From: Candidatus Hydrogenedentota bacterium
GTDB taxonomy: Bacteria > Hydrogenedentota > Hydrogenedentia > Hydrogenedentales > SLHB01
Length of the DNA stretch: 64,000 bases
Assembly: GCA_963668025.2 (NCBI GenBank)
Contig: CAXXTH010000018.1
Coordinates: 64,001 to 128,000 of the forward strand
Direction of reading: 5' to 3'
Shown: piece after piece, positions 50,604-60,827 of the stretch
Layout: every line of letters starts with the position of its first letter
Position numbering within the stretch: the stretch's first letter is position 1
Notes under the pieces: generated by a model
Told to the model about the DNA's origin: nothing
The model's database searches: none
Seen by the model: the letters and a program-made list of their open reading frames with translations, nothing else
Program-made: the position numbers and the translations under genes

Positions 50604-51523
50604 AGCCGATTATCGCTGTGGTTGGGCCTACGGCTTCGGGGAAAACCGCCCTTGCTGTCGCGTTGGCGGAACGCCTGAAAACCGAGATCATCTCCGCCGA
50701 CTCGATGCAGGTCTATCGCGGCATGGCTATCGGCACGGGCGCGCCCACGCCGGAAGAACAGGCCCGCGCGCGCCATCACTTCGTGGGCATGCTGGATCCC
50801 TTCGAGCAATTCACCGCCGGAACCTTTGGCCGCCAAGCGCGCGTGGCGGCGGCGATGCTGAACGCTTCAGGGAAACCGGCCATCGTCGCAGGAGGCTCGG
50901 GGCTCTATGTGCGGGCGTTCATTGACGGGCTCTTTCCCGGTCCCGGAAAGGATGAATCCATCCGTGCGCGCTTGCATGCGGAGGCGGAATTTGCAGGCGC
51001 GGCAGCGTTGTATGAACGGCTACAGGCGGTGGATCCCGCATATGCGGAAATCATCTTGCCGGGTGATCTACGGCGGATTGTCCGGGCGCTCGAAGTCTTC
51101 GAGATCACCGGACAGCCCTTCTCGAAACTGCATCAGGAACACCGGGAAGCCGAGCCGCCTCTTGATGCGCTGCTGGTGGGGCTGGATTGGCCTCGAGATA
51201 AACTATATGCGCGTATTGACGCTCGGGTGGACGCCATGCTCGAAGCGGGATTTATCGACGAGGTGCGCCTGTTGATGGAGCAGGGCTATACGGAGCGCTT
51301 GATGCAGCTCCGCACGCTCGGCTACCGGGAATTCGCGGCGCATCTCCTTGGCCGCCAAACATACGAGGAGGCCCGCGCGGCCATGCAACAGAATACGAGG
51401 CGTTACGCCAAGCGCCAGCTCACGTGGTGGCGCGGCGACTCGCGCATCCATTGGCTGCCCCAGAGCGCGGACACGACGCCGGAACAGCGCGCTGATAGTA
51501 TTGTTGCACTTGCTGGGATGTAG
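50600..51523 (+). CDS. miaA: tRNA dimethylallyltransferase
   Basis: GPTASGKT, ISADSMQVYRGM, TRRYAKRQLTW; follows mutL. Confidence 0.96.
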   Translation: MKPIIAVVGPTASGKTALAVALAERLKTEIISADSMQVYRGMAIGTGAPTPEEQARARHHFVGMLDPFEQFTAGTFGRQARVAAAMLNASGKPAIVAGGSGLYVRAFIDGLFPGPGKDESIRARLHAEAEFAGAAALYERLQAVDPAYAEIILPGDLRRIVRALEVFEITGQPFSKLHQEHREAEPPLDALLVGLDWPRDKLYARIDARVDAMLEAGFIDEVRLLMEQGYTERLMQLRTLGYREFAAHLLGRQTYEEARAAMQQNTRRYAKRQLTWWRGDSRIHWLPQSADTTPEQRADSIVALAGM

Positions 51524-51533
51524 AAAAAACCGT

Positions 51534-52034
51534 TTAGAGTTTTTTTTCACATTCCCGATCTTTCACGACCACCAGGTAATACCCAATGCTCATAGCCAGC
51601 ACCACGGCTGCGACGGCGACGAAATCCCAGGTGGTTTTCTGTTCCAGATCAAGAATGATCACTTTGCGGGCTACGGCCATCAGGGCGGTAGCCATGACGA
51701 TTTTCACGTGAATCACATCGTCACGCAGATAAACGGTGATATTCGAGAAAATCTCGATGGCGATCAACACGGTCATGAATGCGCCAAACAGGGCGAATAT
51801 CTCTTTTATATCAAGCAACAAAAGCGTATCGGATTTCATCATATCGATAAACAGAAGCCGTCCGAGGTCCACAACCCCCCATACGATCACCACCGTCATA
51901 AATACCGCAAGCACCCGCACGGCCGCATGAATCACCAGATGCAACACTTTCATCAACGGTTCGTCTTGCGTTTGAAATGGACTCTTAAGCGAATCCAGCG
52001 GCGGATCTTCTTGCTTGCTTGTAGGCATGTTCAT
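51534..52034 (-). CDS. Phosphate-starvation-inducible PsiE family membrane protein
   Basis: Four TM helices; VLIAIEIF, ALMAVARKVIILD. Confidence 0.85.
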   Translation of the reverse strand: MNMPTSKQEDPPLDSLKSPFQTQDEPLMKVLHLVIHAAVRVLAVFMTVVIVWGVVDLGRLLFIDMMKSDTLLLLDIKEIFALFGAFMTVLIAIEIFSNITVYLRDDVIHVKIVMATALMAVARKVIILDLEQKTTWDFVAVAAVVLAMSIGYYLVVVKDRECEKKL

Positions 52035-52055
52035 ACAGAAGACACTCCAACACGT

Positions 52056-52745
52056 TTAACTTAGCGGCACGGAGCCCAGATCGCATATGCCCCCTGGTTC
52101 GAGCGATACTTCTGGAAGCTCAGCAGCCCCCGACTCCGCCGCTTTGAAGCGTAACAAAAAACGCCCCGGCGGCACTGGGCTGAATACTACGCCGCCTTCG
52201 GCGTCCGTGCATGCTTCACAGGGCCACCACGGCCCTTTATCCGGGTGTAACATCATGAGCCCCACCGTTTCATTCCCGACTGGCCCGCCTCCCGCGCCCG
52301 AGAGATGCGCTTTGAGCGTTGCGCCAGGCGCCATGGTGATCTCAAGAGTTTTATCTACAGGCGCATCCCCTGGCGGCACATCAAAGTAATTATTGGCGAA
52401 GTAGCGGGTGGCGGGATCCCACGCACGCACATAAAGCCATTGCGTCGTATCCAGAACAATGCTGCTATACCCATCACTGCCAGATAACGGGCCTTTTGCA
52501 AATGGTTCATCAAACGCATTGGGCTGGCGCGTCGCGATGGGAGCCATGTTTGCCAATGGATTGCCCAGCAAGTCCACTATCCGCACTCGGGCGGTGATTG
52601 CGGAGCCGGGTTTCGGCTCTCGGGTCGCGGGATTCGTGGTTTGAGGCGAAGGTTTGGAATCATCGCCACATCCGGCCAGAACACACGCCATGCCCACCAC
52701 TATCGCCGCAAACGCCACGTATTTTCGCATACCAGTGAAGCTCAC
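52056..52745 (-). CDS. Hypothetical lipoprotein with two beta-sandwich (carboxypeptidase regulatory-like) repeats
   Basis: Lipobox LAGC; VRIVD..GNPL, TDAEG..F..VPPG motifs. Confidence 0.7.
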   Translation of the reverse strand: MSFTGMRKYVAFAAIVVGMACVLAGCGDDSKPSPQTTNPATREPKPGSAITARVRIVDLLGNPLANMAPIATRQPNAFDEPFAKGPLSGSDGYSSIVLDTTQWLYVRAWDPATRYFANNYFDVPPGDAPVDKTLEITMAPGATLKAHLSGAGGGPVGNETVGLMMLHPDKGPWWPCEACTDAEGGVVFSPVPPGRFLLRFKAAESGAAELPEVSLEPGGICDLGSVPLS

Positions 52746-52834
52746 CTCAAATACCCCAAATCCTTAGACCCTGACGTAGACTAGACGTTTCCCACAACCC
52801 AAAGAAACCAAAAACATCGTTTATACTCGTTTAA

Positions 52835-52945
52835 CTTTGCGTTCTTGGCGGCTTTGCGTGCGTATAAATCGAATGGGATTCCTGTTAGTAGTACAGCGCT
52901 CCAGCCTTACTCATCTATTTCACATAAAGCCGCGAAGCCGCAAAG
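52835..52945. repeat. REP/MITE-like inverted repeat element
   Basis: CTTTGCGTTCTTGGCGGCTTTGCGTG ... CACATAAAGCCGCGAAGCCGCAAAG imperfect terminal inverted repeats. Confidence 0.65.
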
Positions 52946-53028
52946 AATGAAACTATTTAAAGCGCGACATACCCCTGCAAATAGAAAATCTTCTTATTGT
53001 TTTTTACAGAAGCCGAAGCTTAAGGTGT

Positions 53029-53154
53029 TAAACTCTAAACTCTAAACTCTAAACTCTAAACTCTAAACTCTAAACTCTAAACTCTAAACTCTAAACTCTA
53101 AACTCTAAACTCTAAACTCTAAACCCTAAACCCTAAACCCTAAACCCTAAACCC
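53029..53154. repeat. Heptamer tandem repeat (TAAACTC)13(TAAACCC)5
   Basis: Counted directly: 18 contiguous units, 126 bp. Confidence 0.97.
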
Positions 53155-55168
53155 TATTTCCCGCCTCGCCTATACCGAATTGCGTGTCATAAAGGCGGCG
53201 ATAAATGCCGCCATGGGCCAGTAATTCCTCATGGGTGCCTTGTTCCGCAATACGGCCGGCGTCCAGGACGATAATGCGGTCGGCACGCAATACCGTGGAT
53301 AAGCGATGGGCAATCACGATGGTTGTACGGCCTACTACAAACTCGTCCACTGCCCGCTGGATAGCCTGTTCGCTTTCCGAATCAAGGCTTGAAGTCGCTT
53401 CATCGAGAATCAGGATAGCGGGATCCTTGATGATCGCCCGGGCAATGGCGAGCCGTTGTCGCTGGCCGCCCGAAAGGCGGCCGCCGCATTCGCCGATAGA
53501 GGCGCCGTATCCGTTGGGCAACTGCATGATATATGCATCCGCATGCGCAGCCGACGCGGCTTCTCGAATACGCTCATCGGAATATCCGGCCCGTCCAAAA
53601 GCGATGTTATCGCGTACGGATTCATTGAACAGCATGGTGTCTTGCGTCACGATGCTGATTTGGGCGCGCAGACTTTTGAACGTAGCGTCGGAAATATCTA
53701 TGCCATCCATCTTGATGGTGCCGGATGTGGCGTCATAGAAGCGCGGCACGAGTTTCGCCATGGTGCTCTTGCCAGAACCGCTGAAACCGACTATGGCGAG
53801 CATTTCGCCTTTGCGAATGTTGAGATTGATGTTGGACAGCACCATGTCTTTTCCATTATAGGAAAACGAGACATTGTCAAAGCATAGGGATTCCTGCAGC
53901 GGGGAAATATCGATAGCGTTCGTTTTTTCCACCACATCCGGTTTGGCGTCTATGAATTCGAACACGCGCTCCGCGCTGGCCACGCTCCCCATGATGAGGT
54001 TATTCACGAGAGAGAGTTTTCGGACGGGATCTAGGATGAGCCCCAGCGAAAGGAACAGCATGGTGAGGTTGCCGACATCAAGGGTGCCGCGTTCGATACG
54101 ATACCCTACGCCTAGCGTGAAAACGATCACGCCCAGCATAAGAATCGTCTCGACCAGAGGGCCGACCGCGGCGTCGGCCTTGACCATTTTAACGAGATGC
54201 CTGCGCAGTTTGGAAAGCTCCGATTCGGCCCGCTTCTGCTCGTACTCTTCCATACAGAAGCCTTTTACAATCATGATGCCTTCAAACATTTCCTTCCCCA
54301 CGGAGGTAAGGGAGGCAATCTTCTCGAGGGAGCGCCGCATACTACGCTTCAGCTTCTGGCCTATTTTCACCAACACAAGAACCACCGGCGGCAGCACGCA
54401 CACACCAACCAGCGTAAGCATGTAATCCGAGTAAAACGCGATGATGAGCAAAAAAACGACTTTGAATGGCTCACGCGCCACTTTGAACACCGCTGCAAGC
54501 CCGCGATTCACCTGAAACACATCGTTGGTAAAACGGGCCAGTATCTCGCCGGTCGTATGGCGTTCAAAGAATAACAGGGAGCATTGCAGAATATTGGCGA
54601 ACATTTCTTTTTCTAGCCGCACGGCTACATCCGCCCCGATAGCCCCGGCAAAGTATTCCTGCAAATATCTTGCGACGCTGGCCAGTATAGTCATTATGAG
54701 GAGCAAGGCACAGGCCACTTTCAGCGATGTCATACTGTTGCCACGCAGAAAATCGACATAATCCCGCAGGCGCGCTTCCAATTCAGGCGCATTCTCCTGA
54801 AACACTTCCTGAACGGCTGGCGGCTCTGTTCGGGCGGGAAGAAACCGCAAAACCATATCGCTCACGAGTGGTTTCCCGAAAAATTTCTCGGCGTATGTAT
54901 CGGCATGTAGAATTTTGCCTGCAAACTGGCTGGTTTGTTTGTAGACATTTTCCTGCTTGCCATAGGCGATTTGCACTACGCTGCCTAAGCCCACAATCAT
55001 CCAAGAGAATGATAGGGCAACAATGAGTGCAAAAACGATGCTGATAGTCAGGCGGTATTTATAATAGAAGGCGTAACTCAACAGGCGGCTGTAGATTCGC
55101 CATGCGCTAACTCCCGGCTGCTTGGGATTATGGGACTCAATAACAGCTCCCGGCTTCAGATCAATCAT
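53147..55168 (-). CDS. ABC exporter, fused permease-ATPase (MsbA-like)
   Basis: N-terminal TM domain; GFSGSGKST, LSGGQRQR, LDEATSSLD, IAHRLST. Confidence 0.92.
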   Translation of the reverse strand: MIDLKPGAVIESHNPKQPGVSAWRIYSRLLSYAFYYKYRLTISIVFALIVALSFSWMIVGLGSVVQIAYGKQENVYKQTSQFAGKILHADTYAEKFFGKPLVSDMVLRFLPARTEPPAVQEVFQENAPELEARLRDYVDFLRGNSMTSLKVACALLLIMTILASVARYLQEYFAGAIGADVAVRLEKEMFANILQCSLLFFERHTTGEILARFTNDVFQVNRGLAAVFKVAREPFKVVFLLIIAFYSDYMLTLVGVCVLPPVVLVLVKIGQKLKRSMRRSLEKIASLTSVGKEMFEGIMIVKGFCMEEYEQKRAESELSKLRRHLVKMVKADAAVGPLVETILMLGVIVFTLGVGYRIERGTLDVGNLTMLFLSLGLILDPVRKLSLVNNLIMGSVASAERVFEFIDAKPDVVEKTNAIDISPLQESLCFDNVSFSYNGKDMVLSNINLNIRKGEMLAIVGFSGSGKSTMAKLVPRFYDATSGTIKMDGIDISDATFKSLRAQISIVTQDTMLFNESVRDNIAFGRAGYSDERIREAASAAHADAYIMQLPNGYGASIGECGGRLSGGQRQRLAIARAIIKDPAILILDEATSSLDSESEQAIQRAVDEFVVGRTTIVIAHRLSTVLRADRIIVLDAGRIAEQGTHEELLAHGGIYRRLYDTQFGIGEAGNRV

Positions 55169-55333
55169 GCATACTCTCCCTAAAACAACCGTAACGCGTT
55201 ATGATGGCACACGTTCGGAAGACCAATCAATGCAACGTGTTAGGCGAAAATGAACCGGCGCATTCAGGATTTGGCGCACTCTGCCTGTATCAAGTACCGC
55301 GCTATCGATAGGGTGTTACAAAACCATTCTTCT

Positions 55334-56704
55334 TCAATGATTCACCGTGAAGGTGATATCGCCAGACTGGAGGATATTTTCCGCGTCCTGCGGGGGTGTT
55401 CCCGCATCATCTATACCGTTTCCGCCGACGCTATATATGGAATAACCGCCCTGATGGCGGCGGTACCGCAGGGGTGCGCCATCGAACGGATCGGCGGAAA
55501 CAGCTTCTTGATACTCCGGCGGGAGGGCATCCAACGCAAGGGGAACTGTTCCGAACGCAATCCGGTATCGCTCGACGGCAGTGGCGGCCTGCGCACAGTC
55601 AACCAAGGCCGCTACGTACGCAAAATCACTGTAACTACGTATAAAACTCGGAAATGTGCTTGTGAGGAGATAATGCAAGAATCGCGGCTTTCGCGTACGC
55701 ACCTCGTCCCATTCCCGCCGTACTTGCTCGAGGCCTTCATAAATAGGCAATTCCGTTGCGTCAATCAATGCGCTCATCCCGGTTTGGAATTCCACCAGGT
55801 TGGCCTGGGCAAAAAGAGGGGCTCGTCCATTTGTTACGGATGCATGCGACATAATGAAACAACGCTCTCCGACATATGCCCGGTATAAACCGTCTTGGAA
55901 CACAATCAGGCCCAGCGTTTTCTCTAATCTGGCCAAATCGGCTTCTTCGAGCGGGACGGCGTTCAGGACACGTTCAGCCGCTTGGCAGCCTATCCGGTAG
56001 ATATTGAGCCGGTTCAACTGGGCCAGCAAAGAAGGCTCCATTTCAAGTGAATGGCCCAGCGCGAATAGGTCACATAAACCGCTGGCGGCAATGGCGGCAT
56101 GGCCTTGATGCGCTTGGCTGATGGCGTCTAGGGCCAAGAGGCGGGCGGCGCACGAAGCGGAAGACAAATAGTCCAAAGATGCAGAAGCAGCATCCGGGGC
56201 AGTAGTATAATCAATAGGATACCGGCATGCCTCCATGGCTCCGGCATCATGAAGCAAGAGAATAGCCTCTTCGTTTTGGCTTAAAAAGACATCGAGGGCC
56301 TGCCGCATCGCATCCGGCAAAGGCTCATGCGCCGGAGGCATTTCGCCGTTTCCCACCAAAGGCAGTTGTTTGGCTTGTTCATCCGAAGGATTAGACATCA
56401 CTTCAAATGCGCGTAAATAGGCGGGAGCAGCATTATCGATATCCGGCACGCTGGGATACCACGTGTTCAGTTCAGCGAGCGTCATGGGTTCGCCCGCCTC
56501 CCGGATATGCGCCAAACTCTGTTCAAGCGCCCGGTTCTGCTGGAGGAGCAGCCATTGCACCCATGCGAAGGCGCATACGCCGAGAGCCAGCAGCGCCAGC
56601 GCTACTCCCCAGATCGCTTTTTTCAAGACCACATGCTCCCGCGCCTCATCTTCTCGATCAAACGAATGCGTTCGAGCCAAAAACCAATGAAATAACCTTG
56701 TCAT
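55334..56704 (-). CDS. Membrane-anchored helical hypothetical protein with GspG/pseudopilin-like C-terminus
   Basis: One N-terminal TM; C-terminal AVERYR...P..L..L...DPFDG.PLRY...YS.G.NG.DD.G motif. Confidence 0.7.
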   Translation of the reverse strand: MTRLFHWFLARTHSFDREDEAREHVVLKKAIWGVALALLALGVCAFAWVQWLLLQQNRALEQSLAHIREAGEPMTLAELNTWYPSVPDIDNAAPAYLRAFEVMSNPSDEQAKQLPLVGNGEMPPAHEPLPDAMRQALDVFLSQNEEAILLLHDAGAMEACRYPIDYTTAPDAASASLDYLSSASCAARLLALDAISQAHQGHAAIAASGLCDLFALGHSLEMEPSLLAQLNRLNIYRIGCQAAERVLNAVPLEEADLARLEKTLGLIVFQDGLYRAYVGERCFIMSHASVTNGRAPLFAQANLVEFQTGMSALIDATELPIYEGLEQVRREWDEVRTRKPRFLHYLLTSTFPSFIRSYSDFAYVAALVDCAQAATAVERYRIAFGTVPLALDALPPEYQEAVSADPFDGAPLRYRRHQGGYSIYSVGGNGIDDAGTPPQDAENILQSGDITFTVNH

Positions 56705-57025
56705 TCGCCTCGCATACGCGCGCCGTTCTTATATGGTGTTCATTGCGATGGCAGCCTGTTTCATTGCAATGGGTCCCCTACCGGCATCCGCATCCATTGC
56801 ACTTAGGGGAAACCACACTGATGCGTAACAAAAACTCCCCCGCAATGTAACATTATAGAGTGTATGGATCCAATTCATCATGGACGGTGTGAGCATTCAT
56901 AGACACGCCGAAACAGAAAACCGAGGCGCTTCCATAGGCCTATTGAACAGGATGGCAGCCCGTTGCGATTCATGAGGACAGTTCCCCATTCGGAATAATA
57001 GGCGGGGTTAAAAAGACTATAAACA

Positions 57026-57062
57026 GCTCCAGCACGGGTCCAGGGATTACCCGTGCTGGAGC
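57026..57062 (-). terminator. 14-bp GC-rich hairpin, probable terminator or attenuator
   Basis: GCTCCAGCACGGGT...ACCCGTGCTGGAGC followed on the minus strand by TGTTTATAGTCTTTTT. Confidence 0.55.
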
Positions 57063-57307
57063 GCCAGCAGGTCGCTTTCTCCGGAAGAACACTATCCGCC
57101 GTCGAGCTGCCAAAACGACCACGAAGTTATCTTTATATAGCAACTATTATACCGTATCGGCCACCGGCGGCCTACCTATTTTTTAATTATATGGTATGAA
57201 GCATGTTATGGAGAGTTTAACTTAAGCAAACCGTGTTTTTGTACAATTTTTGATGTAACCGAATCCGCAATCGGTACACTGTTGTGTTCGCAATCAGAAC
57301 ACTGTAT

Positions 57308-59149
57308 TTATGGCTTAATGTGGTATTTATTCATTTTCTGGTACAAGGTAGTACGTCCGATCTTCAGTATTTGCGACGCTTTACGGATATTGCCTTGGCA
57401 TAGGCGCAAGACATCTTCTATGTGGAGGCGTTCTACTTCGGCCATGCTCAGCATGCGCCCCGGATTCCCCGGCCCTGATACCTCTTCTTCAACGCCGATC
57501 CGGAGATCTTGCGGCTGGATCACGGAATCATGGGCGAGGCTAATGGCGCGCAGGATGCAGGTACGCAATTCCCGCACATTACCTGGCCAGGGATGGCTCG
57601 CAAGGATCTCCATGGCTGCGGGAGCAAATCCTTTGATGGGCCGCCCGGCAAGCTCTTGGCCCATTTCCACGAAATAGTGTGCAAGAATGGGAATATCGCT
57701 TGGGCGGGAACGCAACGAAGGCAGCCGTATCCCGAATCCATTCAATCGGTGGAAGAGGTCACTGCGGAAAGAGCCTTCCCGGACAGCGGTCTCGAGGCTT
57801 TTATTGGTGGCCGATACAATCCGGATATCGGAATGCTGTTCTTTATACCCGCCGATGGGCCGGTAAGTGCCATATTCGATGGCGCGCAAGATGCGGGCTT
57901 GATTATCGAGGCTCAGATCGCCCACTTCATCCAAAAAGAGCGTGCCGCTGTGGGCTTGGGCGAAAAGGCCGACATGATTCTCCCGTGCACCGGTAAAAGC
58001 TCCTTTAACATATCCGAAAAACTCACTTTCGAAGAGATCGCGGGGAGTTGCGGCGCAATTGACCACCATGAAGGGGCCGCTGTGGCGTGCGGATTGGATA
58101 TGGACCATCCGGGCGGCGAGTTCTTTTCCAGTGCCGGTCTCGCCTGAAAGCAGCACATTGAGGCCGGATTTGGCGGCTTGGCTGATTTCCTCCCTCACTT
58201 GCGCCATGGCGCGGCTTTCGCCCACCAGGCTAACGGACTCACCAGCGCGGGCGCGCAAACGTTCGTTGTCTCGCCGAAGCTGTTCGATGCTTTCCACCGC
58301 ATGGATAAATGGAGCCAAGGAACGGGTGACATAGCATAAAAACCGTAGATCCGACTCGAAATAGGCCCCATGAGGCGATTCGGTGTATAAAGCGGCTACG
58401 GCAATAGGATTATCCCCCAAGGAAATGGGGGCAATCATGGTGAATGCTTGCACTTTTCCGCCCTCTACATGGCGAAGGCGGTTGGAAATATAGCTTCGCT
58501 TGGCGCGGAGCGCATTGCGGATGTCATTAACTGGGGCGGGGCAGGATGGCGGGGCCGCACCTTCCTCATCATAAAATGAAAGGCAATCTACGCCATGTAC
58601 GCGGGCGATCCAGAGCGCAAGCGGTTTGAAGCGAACGCGCAAGCATTCCCGAAGCTGCTGAATCAGAGTGGTTATCGTGCCGCATAAGCTAAAACTCCGG
58701 CTAATTGCAAAGAGTTCCGCAAGCTCCTCGACCGTGCGCGGGCGGCTGTCTATTTCACTCGATATAAGTTCATTATCATAAAAAGGGCTTATGGCGTCCA
58801 TGGTATTGGTTTTGAACTCATAAGCCGAGTCTGCCGAAGACGCTTCGCGTTCGGCCAAGGAGGTGATTAGAAAGATTTCACGGCCAATGGCAATCTCATT
58901 TCCCGGCGCAAGGATAGCAGAGCGTGTAGGACGGCCGTTGATGAGTGTGGCGTTTCTAGCACCTAAATCATCGATGATGATGCCTGCATCCGCCTGGGAA
59001 ATCCGGCAATGGTGGCGTGAAGCGATAGGATCCGCCAGCTTTATGTCGCAATCGTGCTGCCTGCCCAAAACGAGGCCTTGCTTACTGATGGGCCAGGAAG
59101 CGCCTTTTAGAGGTCCAGTAAGGCAAATAATCTGATAATCAACCGGCAT
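57308..59149 (-). CDS. FHA-GAF sigma54-dependent transcriptional activator
   Basis: FHA (LGR..SRHH..N.T.ING), GETGTGKE, GAFTGA, FLDEVG, WPGNVREL, Fis-type HTH. Confidence 0.93.
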   Translation of the reverse strand: MPVDYQIICLTGPLKGASWPISKQGLVLGRQHDCDIKLADPIASRHHCRISQADAGIIIDDLGARNATLINGRPTRSAILAPGNEIAIGREIFLITSLAEREASSADSAYEFKTNTMDAISPFYDNELISSEIDSRPRTVEELAELFAISRSFSLCGTITTLIQQLRECLRVRFKPLALWIARVHGVDCLSFYDEEGAAPPSCPAPVNDIRNALRAKRSYISNRLRHVEGGKVQAFTMIAPISLGDNPIAVAALYTESPHGAYFESDLRFLCYVTRSLAPFIHAVESIEQLRRDNERLRARAGESVSLVGESRAMAQVREEISQAAKSGLNVLLSGETGTGKELAARMVHIQSARHSGPFMVVNCAATPRDLFESEFFGYVKGAFTGARENHVGLFAQAHSGTLFLDEVGDLSLDNQARILRAIEYGTYRPIGGYKEQHSDIRIVSATNKSLETAVREGSFRSDLFHRLNGFGIRLPSLRSRPSDIPILAHYFVEMGQELAGRPIKGFAPAAMEILASHPWPGNVRELRTCILRAISLAHDSVIQPQDLRIGVEEEVSGPGNPGRMLSMAEVERLHIEDVLRLCQGNIRKASQILKIGRTTLYQKMNKYHIKP

Positions 59150-59400
59150 GATGATTCATCACTCGAGCTTTTTAACTCCTATCGGCACAGTGTGCCCATA
59201 TTCCGGGTATGCATGTGCAAAAAATGGTACAGGGATTTACCCTAGTGCTTGCGCACATAATAGCACACGAGCAGCGCGGGAAGCAGCATGAGGATGCAAG
59301 ACAATCGCATTAAAAAAAGCCGTGCTTTCCCCTCTCAGTAGAGTATTTGTGTTTGTTTTTCCAAACATATCTGAAACGCCATCCCCCACATTTCCGAAGG

Positions 59401-59467
59401 ATGAGCCACAAAAAGCGCAAAAGACATAAAAAGAATTGATTCTTGCGTCTTTTGTGCCTATCGAGGC
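59401..59467. repeat. REP-like palindromic element, related to 27588-27653
   Basis: ATGAGCCACAAAAAGCGCAAAAGACAT...TTCTTGCGTCTTTTGTGCCT. Confidence 0.7.
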
Positions 59468-59553
59468 CTATTTGGGATTATTTTTGGTGCGATTGCCCTG
59501 CACGAGGATGCACGTGGAAAACCGTTACTCAAAACGAAAAAGGGAGTATCGCC

Positions 59554-60732
59554 TCAAGCTCTCGCTGCTTCCATCTCCCTCTTGCGCGGCACGAGGCTGG
59601 ATGCCGCGGAAACCAGGAATGCAAGAATAGTAGCAGCCAGAAACACTTTCTCGTAACCAAAGAGCACCCAAACTGTACCTGCTATAGCCGGTATAAACAT
59701 CGAAGCGATATGGTTTATGGAAACTCCCATGGCCAGAGTAGCCGTGATTTCTTCTGGAGAGTCCGCAATGCGGGACATATAAATCGAGCGGCCCCGGCCC
59801 AGCGCGAAAAGGAGGCTGTCCATGACGAAGCACGTGCAGGCCACCCATAAGGCGGCCGAGTCGGAGAAAACGGCCCGGGCATATCCGTACCCGAGGCAGA
59901 CCAAGGCGAGAGCAAGGCCATCACACACCAAAACCGCCCGCTCGCCGAACCAATCAATGGCCTGGCCAGCCAAAGGGCGGAAAACAACGCCAAGAATGGC
60001 GGCAAACATAAAAAGCTGGGCAATCTGATTGGCGGGCTCTTTATACACTTCGATAAGCACCCAAGGGCCAAAAGTGATGAATATCTGCTTCCGTGCGCCA
60101 AATAGGATTTCAAGGAGATAATACAGCCAGAATTTGCGACGGAAAGTAAGCCGGGGCCTGCGCCGGCCCAGCTCAGGCAGATGCATCATGCTATATGTCA
60201 ATGCACCCATGGCGGCCAAAACCGCCGCGCCCAGAAAAGCCCAATTGTATTGAGGATGTGTTTTGCTGAGGAATAGCCAGACCATGCCAGACCCTAAAAT
60301 CATGCCGGCATTTCCGACAAGGCCCATTTGTCCCATCCGCAAGCCCCGGTTGCCATGATGGCTCAGGCCTATGGCAATAGACTCGCCCACAGGCTGGAGC
60401 AGGTGCATGCCTGCGCTGGCCACAATCAAAACGGCTAACATGGGGCTGTAGGTTGTTCCCAAGAAAGCGAGCCCCGCGAGGCCTATGGCGTACATCGCCC
60501 CCCCGACAACGCCAAGGCGGGCCACGGAAAGCATGCATAAAACGCCCGCCATGGCCACCACCAGAAAACCAGGCAGTTCTCGGGGAATTTCGAGTACGCC
60601 GCGCGCTTCGGGCGATAAGCCAAACGTGTCTTTCAAGAAATTATTGAAAACGGATTCTTGAATGCCTCCCGCCATGGCGAATAAACATGTGGCGGCCAGA
60701 AAGAGTATGAGTTGGCGGCGTTGTTCAGGCAT
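59554..60732 (-). CDS. MFS transporter
   Basis: About 12 TM helices; RELPG, G..ID..GER motif. Confidence 0.88.
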   Translation of the reverse strand: MPEQRRQLILFLAATCLFAMAGGIQESVFNNFLKDTFGLSPEARGVLEIPRELPGFLVVAMAGVLCMLSVARLGVVGGAMYAIGLAGLAFLGTTYSPMLAVLIVASAGMHLLQPVGESIAIGLSHHGNRGLRMGQMGLVGNAGMILGSGMVWLFLSKTHPQYNWAFLGAAVLAAMGALTYSMMHLPELGRRRPRLTFRRKFWLYYLLEILFGARKQIFITFGPWVLIEVYKEPANQIAQLFMFAAILGVVFRPLAGQAIDWFGERAVLVCDGLALALVCLGYGYARAVFSDSAALWVACTCFVMDSLLFALGRGRSIYMSRIADSPEEITATLAMGVSINHIASMFIPAIAGTVWVLFGYEKVFLAATILAFLVSAASSLVPRKREMEAARA

Positions 60733-60827
60733 AATTAACCCCAATACCTATCAAATAAAGGTGGAAGTATGGATCAATAAGGGGCAGGGTTCAACATTCT
60801 GTTGGTTGAACCTAAATGTTTTTTTGT

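Noticed and set aside
53029-53154. CRISPR array or eukaryotic telomere contamination
   Set aside because: No spacers or cas genes; the array is internal, mostly TAAACTC, and continuous with a bacterial ORF end.
56747-56965. Two GATGGCAGCC(T/C)GTT repeats as sigma54 promoters
   Set aside because: GG-to-GC spacing is not N10 and they face away from the downstream gene.
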